Assembly (NCBI GenBank): GCA_048941265.1 | Contig: JBHLNT010000062.1 | Location: 1 to 23,023, forward strand | Length of the DNA: 23,023 nucleotides | Source of the DNA: Promethearchaeota archaeon | GTDB taxonomy: Archaea; Asgardarchaeota; Lokiarchaeia; Sigyniarchaeales; SOKP01 | Direction: 5' to 3' | Shown: positions 7,835 to 15,540 of the stretch, in pieces | Layout of the letters: every line of letters begins with the position of its first letter | How positions within the stretch are numbered: position 1 is the first letter of the stretch | Made by a program: the position numbers and the translations under genes | The notes under the pieces: model-generated | Told to the model about the DNA's origin: nothing | What the model saw: only the letters and a program-made list of their open reading frames with translations | Database searches by the model: none

Positions 7835-10800
7835 ATGGACGAGAACAATCAGAAAGAAGAATCTGACATAAAAAAACTCAAGAAAGTTGAGGACAAATAC
7901 AAAAAACAATTTGAAGATGAGAAATTTCAGGAACAAATAGATGAGCAGGTTACAGAAGCGGATAAGTTAATTAGAGAATATGAGTTGGAAATTAAAAAAG
8001 GAAATTTTGAGAGTATTCCTCCTTATCAAAATGTAATAGAAATCTATACTAATATTAAAGAGCAGTTACTTGAGAAAGGATGGAATAAGCACGTGAATGT
8101 ATATTTAAATCAAATCAAAATCTTAAAGCAAAAACAAGAACAAGATAATAAATTGCGCAATATTGAGGCTAAGAAAAGAGAAAAAGAGAAAGAATATCAA
8201 GAATCTTTGAAACTTAGAAAAGAGAGAAAAATAGATGAGGGGAAAATGAAAGCGGCAGAAAAAAAAATATTGAGAGATTTGGAAGTTGAAAAATTTCAAG
8301 ATCAAATAACTGAAAGGGTTAACGAAGCAGAACATATGATTAGAGAATATGAAATTAAAATTAAGAAAGGAGATTTCAGTCAAGAACCACCTTATCGAGA
8401 TGTAATAGAGATTTATAGAGATATTAGAAAAGATTTATTAGAACACGATTGGATTGAGCAGGCTAATATATATCTAAATCAGATTAAATTGCTTCAAGAG
8501 AAAATAAAACAGGATGAGAAATTACGGAAAATCGAAGCTCAAAAAAAGCAAAAAAAGGTGGCATATTTAGAATCAATGAAATTGGGTGTACGTAAAAAAT
8601 CTGAGTATAAAAGATTGAGAGCTGCTGATGATAAAATAAAAAGAGAGTTAGAAGATGAAATTTTTCAGAGTCAAATAGATGATCAAGTATCTGAAGCAGA
8701 GAAGTTAATTAGAAATTATGAGATTGAGATTAAGAAAGGAGATTTCAATCAAGAACCACCTTATCGAGATGTAATAGAGATTTATAGTAATATTAGAAAA
8801 GAACTATTAGAACGTAATTGGTATGATCAGGCAAAAATTTATTTGAATCAAATTGAGTTACTTAAAGAAAAAATTGATAAAGATAAAATATTGAGAGAAA
8901 TAGAAGCTCGAAAGACCGAAAAAGAAATAGCTCATTTAGAAGCTATGAAATTAGGAGAGCGTAGGAGATCTGAATATAAGAAGATATTAAGTGCCCAAGA
9001 AAGAATTAAGAAAGAAGCCGAAGAAGAGGATTTTCAAAAACAAATTGATGAAAGAGTTACTAAAGCAGAAAAATTAATTCGAAATTATGATGCGGAAATT
9101 AAAAAAGGCAATTTTAATACAGAACCCCCCCACCAACAGGTAATTGATATTTATAATGATATTAGGAAAGAATTGTTAGAAAAAGGTTGGAAGGAGGAAG
9201 CTACGATTTATACAAATCAAATTAAATTAACTAAAGAAAAACTAGAAAAAGATAAGCTATTACGTGAAATTGAGGGCCAAAAGCAAAAAAAACAATTGGA
9301 ATTTGAAGAACTCATCAAATCAAAAGCAGAAGATAGGATGTTACAAACAGATATAGTATCTTTAAAGGGAGTTGAGGAGAGACACCGCAAAGATTTTGAA
9401 GATGAAATATTTCAAAAGAAGATTACCGAAATGGTTAATAGAGCGGAAGAATTAGCAAGAAAATATGAATTTGCCATTAGACAAGGGAAGTTTGAGGAAA
9501 AATGTCCTTATCAAGATGTAATAGATATCTATACCGAAATTAAAAACGAATTGATTGAACAAGGTTGGACAGATCAAGCTATAATTTATACTAAACAAAT
9601 TAATATTTACTTAGAGAAATTAGAAAAAGATAAGAAATTAAGGGAAATAGAAGCTCAAAAAGCTGAAAAACAAAAGGAGTTTGAAGCCACTTTTAAATCC
9701 AAGAAAGAGATAAAAGAAATAACCAAAGATAAGGAAAAACTTAAAATTGTAGAAGAGCAGTATCAAAAAGAACTTGAAGAAGAAAAATTCCAGAAAATGA
9801 TCACAAGTATGGTCAATAAAGCTGAAGAAATAGCAAGAAAATATGAATTTGCCATTAGACAAGGGAAGTTTGAGGAAAAATGTCCTTATCAAGATGTAAT
9901 AGATATCTATTCTGATGTTAAGAATAAATTAGTTGAAAGGGGTTGGTCTGAACAGGCTTTAATTTATACTAAGCAGATTAACCTTTATTTAGGGAAACTC
10001 GAAAAAGATAAGAAATTAAGGGAGATTGAAGCTCAAAAAGCTCAAAAACAAAAAATATATCAGGATTCTATTAAAGTTAAAGAAAAAGAGAGATATCTTA
10101 AATCAGATTTGGAAAAATTAAGATTAGCAGAAGAACTATATCAAAAAGAGCTAGAAGATGCTAATTTTGAAAACGAAATTGCTAAATTGGTCAACCGAGC
10201 GGAAGAATTGGCAAGAAAATATGAATTTGCTATTCGACAAGGTAAATTTGAAGAAAAATGTCCCTATCAAGAAATAATTGATATTTATACAAAAGCAAAA
10301 AATAACCTAATTGATAGAGGTTGGACTGAACAAGCAAACATTTACATAAAACAAGTTAATTATTATTTAGGTAAATTAGATAATGATTTGAGACTTCGGG
10401 AGATTGAAGCTCAAAAAGCCCAAAAACAAAAAGAATTTGAAGAACTTACAAAGATTAAGAAAGAAGATAAGCAATTAGAGGAAGATATAGAAAAATTAAG
10501 AACGGTTGAGGAACAATATCAAAGAGAATTTGAAGAAGAAGATTTTGAATACGAAATTTCTAAAATGGTGGATGAAGCAGATGCAATGGCAAGAAAGTAT
10601 GAACTTGCACTTCGAAGGGGTAAATTTGAAGAATCTTGTCCTTATCCTGTGATAATAGAAGTCTATGAACAAGTAAAAAAAAGACTCTTGGAAAGAGGAT
10701 GGAATGATGAAGCAGCTATCTATAGAAAGCAAGTTCAATTATATCAAGATAAATTCGAACAAGATAAAAAATTAAGGGAGATTGAAGGATTAAAACTACA

Positions 10801-13534
10801 AAAACAAAGAGATTTTGAGGAGCAATTCTTAATTAGACCTGAACAAGAATTAGAGAGTGCGGCAAAAAGATTAAAAGCTGTAGAAGAGGAATATGAAACC
10901 AGAATCGAAGAAGAGAAATTTCAAAGAGAGTTAAGTTCGAAAGTAGATCAAGCCGAAGAAATGGCGCGAAAATATGAATTTGCTATTCGACAAGGTAAAT
11001 TTGAAGAAAAATGTCCTTATCCAAGAATTATCGATATTTATACAAATATTCATCAAAAACTTAAGGAAAAAGGTTGGATTGATCAGGCTTTTATATTTAA
11101 TAGCCAAATTCAGTTATATCAAGAGAAATTAGAGAAAGATAAAAAGTTAAGAGAATTTGAGGCACAAAAAGAAACTAGAAGCAGAGAAATGATGGAATTA
11201 TTAAAAACTAAGGATTTTAAAACTATTGATGAAGAGAAACTCCGAAAAATTGAAAGTAGAAAGAGAGAAAAGAAGAAGTTATTAGATGAAGGTTTTTCTC
11301 TTATTGATAGAGCAGAAAAATTGGTAAAAGAGTACGAATTAAGGTTAAAGTTGGAAAAAGAAATCTTACTTTATGAGAGTCCTTATGAAGAAGCTATAAA
11401 ATTATATAGACAAGCAAGGCAAATATTTCAAGATAATAACTGGGATAATGAAGCGAATAGTCTAATTAATACAATTAATTTTTATAAAGATAAACAAGAA
11501 AAAGACGATAAACTACGGGAGATTGAAAAAAGTAAAGCAATAAGAAAAGATATTGAGATTGGCATTGGTAGACCAACGGCAAAACGAGCTCAGATAGAGA
11601 GAAAAAAGAAGGTTTTAGCTTTGGAAGAACAAAAAAGACAACAAGAACAATTGTCAAATGAAGCGTTTGGGATTATTGATGAGGCAGAAAGCATGGCAAA
11701 AAGATATGAGTTAGAGTTAAAAGAAGGTAATTTCCCTGAACCACCATTTGAAGAAGTTATAAAAATGTATCGCAATGCTCGAAGCATTTTTGAAGATATT
11801 GGATGGGAGGACCAGGCAGCAGAGCTTGTAAATACTATAAACTATTACAAAGAGAAGATGTTGGCGGATAATAAATTAAGGGCCTTAGAAACCGAAAAAA
11901 TAGAAAAACATAAAAAAGAATTGGAGGAACAACAACGAATTCTCAAAAAGCAAAGAGCAAAGGAGAGAGAACAATTAAAACTAAGGGAGGAAAAACTGCT
12001 CACAAAACGCAATCAAGAAACAGAGTTGGAGTCTAAGAAATTTAAGGCATTTAGTCTCATGGATCAAGCAAAAAGACAATTAGATCAGGATAATTTCGAC
12101 TCTGCAATTGAATTATATGAACAAAGTCAGAAAATAATCTCTGAGATCAATTGGACAGAAGGTCTTAAAATGGTTCAAGAATCGATAATTGTAATAAAAA
12201 AGAAAAAACAGGAATTTGAAATTAGAGAAAAGGCTCTTAAAGAAGAAGAAGTAGAAAAATTGCGTTTAGAGAGAGAGCTAGAACAAGAAATAACTAAAAC
12301 TAAGGAGTTAGAAAGACTTCAGCAGGAGCTTAAAAGAGAGGAAATGTTAAAGATTCAAAAACAGAAAGAAAAAGAAAGTATTGCTTCTGAAAGAGCCTAT
12401 ATTCTACTTGAGAAAGGAACCAAACTCTTAGAAAAAAAAAGTTTTAAGGAAGCTTATGAAGCATACGTAGCAGCCTTAGATATTTTTAAAGAGCTTGATT
12501 GGTTTCATGAAGTAAATCGAATTAACAACGAATTGTTATTAAACCTTCAGCTCGAGGAGACAAAGGAAAAGCGATTTGAAGAATATAAGAAGAAAAAAAT
12601 GCAAGAGAAGCAAGAGCTAGAGAATATGCTAAAAGTTGCAGAACAACAAAGGAAGGAGCTTGAAACTGCTAAAATAAAAGAAAAGCGTGAGAGATTAAGA
12701 AAATTACAAGTTTCTGATACACTTAAAGACAAAATAGAAGAAAACTTAGAACGGGCAAACATTGAAATACAAAATGGGAACTACAATAAAGGAGTTTTAA
12801 AACTGAAAGAAATCATTAAAATGATGGAGAGAGTCGGTTGGGATAAAGAGATCGCAGATATTAATAATCAAATCCATGTATTAAAAAATAAAAGCCATGT
12901 TCCACTTATTACATTAGAAGAAGTTGATAGTGGAGAAAATATAAAAAAATTTAAAGCCGCTTATGATGCATTAGATAAAGCTCATGTTTCTCTTCTTAAA
13001 AACCGAATAATGAAAGGAATATCTGAGTTAAATGAATCCATATTTAATCTTAAAGAAACGAAAATTGGGACAAAATTTATTGATCAAATTGAGATGAAAA
13101 TTAAGGAGCTTAGAGATTCAATCGATAAGAAAAGAAAATTGAAGGATATTTCCGATATTGAGGGGATTGAAATAGAAGAGGGGAAACCTGTAGAGTTATC
13201 ATCAGAACTTGCTTATGAATATATGGATAAATGTAAAAAAGAGGAACGACGCAACAACTTTAAAAAGGCTATTGATTTAGCTACAACAGCAAAAGAGATC
13301 TTCGTAAAACTTGGATCTGAATGGTCTCGTGAAATAATGTCGATAACAAGATATATTAGCATATTAGAAAACAAACAAGTCGCACGAGAGGAATCATTTA
13401 AACATAAAAAAGAAGAATTAGAAGAAAAGGAGAGATCATTGAAAGAAGAGGAAGAAGAATTTAAAGAGAGAATTAAAGCTCGTAGGGAAGCAAGAAAGAA
13501 GAGAATACAGAATTTAATGAAAAAAAATAAATGA
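7835..13534 (+). CDS. Giant helical tandem-repeat protein (11 long units, then about 5 short TPR/MIT-like bundles joined by charged helices)
   Basis: Uninterrupted 1899-aa ORF with consensus FQxxIxxxVxxAExxxRxYExxIxxGxFxxx[PC]PYxxVIxIYxxIxxxLxxxGWxxQAxIYxxQIxxxxxKxxxDxxLRxIEAxK. No hydrophobic TM segment or signal peptide is evident. Confidence 0.9.
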   Translation: MDENNQKEESDIKKLKKVEDKYKKQFEDEKFQEQIDEQVTEADKLIREYELEIKKGNFESIPPYQNVIEIYTNIKEQLLEKGWNKHVNVYLNQIKILKQKQEQDNKLRNIEAKKREKEKEYQESLKLRKERKIDEGKMKAAEKKILRDLEVEKFQDQITERVNEAEHMIREYEIKIKKGDFSQEPPYRDVIEIYRDIRKDLLEHDWIEQANIYLNQIKLLQEKIKQDEKLRKIEAQKKQKKVAYLESMKLGVRKKSEYKRLRAADDKIKRELEDEIFQSQIDDQVSEAEKLIRNYEIEIKKGDFNQEPPYRDVIEIYSNIRKELLERNWYDQAKIYLNQIELLKEKIDKDKILREIEARKTEKEIAHLEAMKLGERRRSEYKKILSAQERIKKEAEEEDFQKQIDERVTKAEKLIRNYDAEIKKGNFNTEPPHQQVIDIYNDIRKELLEKGWKEEATIYTNQIKLTKEKLEKDKLLREIEGQKQKKQLEFEELIKSKAEDRMLQTDIVSLKGVEERHRKDFEDEIFQKKITEMVNRAEELARKYEFAIRQGKFEEKCPYQDVIDIYTEIKNELIEQGWTDQAIIYTKQINIYLEKLEKDKKLREIEAQKAEKQKEFEATFKSKKEIKEITKDKEKLKIVEEQYQKELEEEKFQKMITSMVNKAEEIARKYEFAIRQGKFEEKCPYQDVIDIYSDVKNKLVERGWSEQALIYTKQINLYLGKLEKDKKLREIEAQKAQKQKIYQDSIKVKEKERYLKSDLEKLRLAEELYQKELEDANFENEIAKLVNRAEELARKYEFAIRQGKFEEKCPYQEIIDIYTKAKNNLIDRGWTEQANIYIKQVNYYLGKLDNDLRLREIEAQKAQKQKEFEELTKIKKEDKQLEEDIEKLRTVEEQYQREFEEEDFEYEISKMVDEADAMARKYELALRRGKFEESCPYPVIIEVYEQVKKRLLERGWNDEAAIYRKQVQLYQDKFEQDKKLREIEGLKLQKQRDFEEQFLIRPEQELESAAKRLKAVEEEYETRIEEEKFQRELSSKVDQAEEMARKYEFAIRQGKFEEKCPYPRIIDIYTNIHQKLKEKGWIDQAFIFNSQIQLYQEKLEKDKKLREFEAQKETRSREMMELLKTKDFKTIDEEKLRKIESRKREKKKLLDEGFSLIDRAEKLVKEYELRLKLEKEILLYESPYEEAIKLYRQARQIFQDNNWDNEANSLINTINFYKDKQEKDDKLREIEKSKAIRKDIEIGIGRPTAKRAQIERKKKVLALEEQKRQQEQLSNEAFGIIDEAESMAKRYELELKEGNFPEPPFEEVIKMYRNARSIFEDIGWEDQAAELVNTINYYKEKMLADNKLRALETEKIEKHKKELEEQQRILKKQRAKEREQLKLREEKLLTKRNQETELESKKFKAFSLMDQAKRQLDQDNFDSAIELYEQSQKIISEINWTEGLKMVQESIIVIKKKKQEFEIREKALKEEEVEKLRLERELEQEITKTKELERLQQELKREEMLKIQKQKEKESIASERAYILLEKGTKLLEKKSFKEAYEAYVAALDIFKELDWFHEVNRINNELLLNLQLEETKEKRFEEYKKKKMQEKQELENMLKVAEQQRKELETAKIKEKRERLRKLQVSDTLKDKIEENLERANIEIQNGNYNKGVLKLKEIIKMMERVGWDKEIADINNQIHVLKNKSHVPLITLEEVDSGENIKKFKAAYDALDKAHVSLLKNRIMKGISELNESIFNLKETKIGTKFIDQIEMKIKELRDSIDKKRKLKDISDIEGIEIEEGKPVELSSELAYEYMDKCKKEERRNNFKKAIDLATTAKEIFVKLGSEWSREIMSITRYISILENKQVAREESFKHKKEELEEKERSLKEEEEEFKERIKARREARKKRIQNLMKKNK
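7910..11900 (+). repeat. Intragenic tandem repeat, 11 units of 363-378 nt
   Basis: Conserved Trp codons at 8081, 8450, 8819, 9188, 9566, 9944, 10322, 10700, 11075, 11441 and 11804. Spacings are 369 x3, 378 x4, 375, 366 and 363 nt. The outer boundaries are approximate. Confidence 0.92.
9453..9910 (+). repeat. Exact 80-bp direct repeat (9453-9532 and 9831-9910)
   Basis: TAGCAAGAAAATATGAATTTGCCATTAGACAAGGGAAGTTTGAGGAAAAATGTCCTTATCAAGATGTAATAGATATCTAT occurs twice, 378 nt apart. Confidence 0.9.
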
Positions 13535-13537
13535 TCA

Positions 13538-13544
13538 TTTTTTT
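13538..13544 (+). terminator. Putative oligo-T terminator
   Basis: T7 run just after the TGA at 13534. An A9 run at 13649-13657 could serve the convergent gene. Confidence 0.4.
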
Positions 13545-13667
13545 AGTTATAAAGCAATTATAGAATTTCCAAAATTAATATATTGTATTGTTAATTTACC
13601 TTTTTTAAAATTTTATGACAGAGAAATATTTTAAGAGAATTAAAAGGTAAAAAAAAATAAATTAAAG

Positions 13668-13889
13668 TTAGATTAATATTTTTTCTTGAATTTCACGTTC
13701 TATTTGATGTTCTATTGAAGCTGGACTGATGTTTCTTTTAACAGATTCTTCAATTAAATATTCTGTCTTAATTAAATCTCTAATTGCTACCCTAATAGCT
13801 TCAGATCTATTTGGAAACTTTCCTTCTGCTACCAATAGTTCCATAACTTTGATATAGGCCTCAGGTAAGTTAACTGAGATTAATTTCAT
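13668..13889 (-). CDS. Ribbon-helix-helix (CopG/Arc/MetJ) transcription regulator, CdrS-like
   Basis: Beta-strand MKLISVNLP followed by LVAEGKFPNRSEAIRVAIRDLI. A GGTGA ribosome-binding site lies 8 nt upstream of the ATG. Confidence 0.88.
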   Translation of the reverse strand: MKLISVNLPEAYIKVMELLVAEGKFPNRSEAIRVAIRDLIKTEYLIEESVKRNISPASIEHQIEREIQEKILI

Positions 13890-14100
13890 TATTTAATTCA
13901 CCAGAACTTTAAATATTTCGATATAAATATATATATGGAGGTGATATTTAAGCATTCAGTGGAAAATGACCTCACTAATTCCGACAAAAATACTTTTTCA
14001 TAAAATATATATACATAGTCTAATATGTAACACACAATACTATTATATAAGTTCAATAAAAGAATTAAAAAATAATAAAAATTTAAGTGGTGAAATGTAA

Positions 14101-14424
14101 TTGGCTGAAATACAAGCTCAACTAAAAGAACACCTTAAAAATGGAAAGGATTGGGAAAAAATGGAAACCCCTGTTGAAGGAGTATTTGTTGTGAAAGTTC
14201 CTGCGACAAAAACAAGACCAGCATTATTGCATCTGGAAGTAAATCCTTTAACTGATGATGGAAGACCTATGAAAAAAAAAGGATTATTTGTTGGTAGTAA
14301 AGAGATGTTGGTTAAATTTAGTGAAGCGTTAAGTGATGATAAGGTATATCAATTAATAGGAGAACTCGAACGAGTAAACCCAGAAGTAAAAGGAATTGGC
14401 TCAACAAAAAAGTTAAAAATGTAG
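14101..14424 (+). CDS. Conserved archaeal hypothetical protein, possible PC4-like fold
   Basis: TTG start 7 nt after GGTGA. A beta-rich segment ending PMKKKGLFV is followed by an amphipathic helix. Confidence 0.8.
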   Translation: MAEIQAQLKEHLKNGKDWEKMETPVEGVFVVKVPATKTRPALLHLEVNPLTDDGRPMKKKGLFVGSKEMLVKFSEALSDDKVYQLIGELERVNPEVKGIGSTKKLKM

Positions 14425-14584
14425 AAAAATAACCTTTATTCAATATTGTATAAAGGGTACTTTTGGCTAAAAAGGCATAAATAATTTGAAAACTAAACAT
14501 TTTTAATTATCAAATTTATTAAATATGCAATTATCTTAGTCAAATAAAAATTAATTATATTAAGCAAAAAGTAGGTGTGTAATC

Positions 14585-14854
14585 TTGGCTAATAAGGAAT
14601 GTACAGAATGCGGAGGAACTAGCTTTCGAATCGTTAATGATGAATGGATGAAAAGAACTTTTAGATTTGTTGAAAATGGCACACTTGAAATGTGTGATGG
14701 GTGTGGAGCTAAATTTTTAGTGTGTGAAAAATGCGGCGGTCTTTATACTAGGGTTCATCCAGCACTAGAAGCTTGGGAAGTAAATCAACAATGTCCTACC
14801 TGCGGTCACGTTGATCCCGAAGTAAAGGCTTGGGATGGGGTTTCTGCACGCTAA
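14585..14854 (+). CDS. Small double zinc-ribbon protein (4 x CxxCG)
   Basis: CTECG, CDGCG, CEKCG and CPTCG. TTG start 7 nt after AGGTG. Confidence 0.85.
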   Translation: MANKECTECGGTSFRIVNDEWMKRTFRFVENGTLEMCDGCGAKFLVCEKCGGLYTRVHPALEAWEVNQQCPTCGHVDPEVKAWDGVSAR

Positions 14855-15052
14855 ATTATTAAAAAATATTTTATTCAAGCATTTTATATTAATATTTATT
14901 TTTAAGAATAGAATTTGCCAAAATAATAGTTAGATACATTTTATTTTGAAATGAATAAAAAATTTTAATTAATTGAAATAAATAAAATATATAAATCACT
15001 TATTTATCTTATAAAATTTGAAACTATTTAAGAATTTGAAGCTGAATTAAAA

Positions 15053-15520
15053 TTGATTAAAGTAGAAATTGCCTCTCCAGATGAAATTGATGCGTTAAGA
15101 GAATTCACTAAACACTTAGTTGAGGGGCTCGGACAAAAATTTGATCCAAAACGTTTTGATTGGGGAATTCAAAGAAGATTATATGATCCCTTGCAAAGAC
15201 ATGGGATTTTAATAGCAGTTAATGAAGATAATAATGAAATTGCAGGTATGATCATCGCAGAACTTAGAATTGATCCTTTTGGAATGTCAGAAGGATATAT
15301 TAAACAATTTTACCTAAAAAGTGAATATCGGGGTCAGGGAGTTGGAGAACTTCTCCTAAAAAAAGCACTTGAACATTTGAAAAGAATAAAAGTTGAAAAG
15401 ATAAAAGTTAATATTAAAGATAAAGCATTAGAAGCCTCTAATCTTTACGAAAAGATGAGATTTAAAAAAGTCTATGAAGTTCTTGAATTAGACCTTACTG
15501 AAGATAATCCTTTAGATTAG
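15053..15520 (+). CDS. GNAT-family N-acetyltransferase
   Basis: Acetyl-CoA motif A (FYLKSEYRGQGVGELLL) and motif B (ASNLYEKMRF). The start codon (TTG) is uncertain. Confidence 0.88.
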   Translation: MIKVEIASPDEIDALREFTKHLVEGLGQKFDPKRFDWGIQRRLYDPLQRHGILIAVNEDNNEIAGMIIAELRIDPFGMSEGYIKQFYLKSEYRGQGVGELLLKKALEHLKRIKVEKIKVNIKDKALEASNLYEKMRFKKVYEVLELDLTEDNPLD

Positions 15521-15540
15521 ATTTTATAGGAATTAATAAA

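Noticed and set aside
8360-11016. Direct repeats as a CRISPR array or a diversity-generating retroelement TR/VR pair
   Set aside because: The repeats are in-frame coding with a 363-378 nt period, show no adenine-specific mismatch pattern, and no cas or reverse transcriptase gene is in the window.
8123-12762. Six minus-strand ORFs inside the 1899-aa gene
   Set aside because: They are Phe/Leu/Ser-rich antisense shadows of GAA/AAA-rich coding sequence and recur with the repeat phase.
15170-15193. QRRLYDPL in the GNAT as a PCNA-interacting PIP box
   Set aside because: It lacks the two aromatic residues and lies within the predicted folded core.
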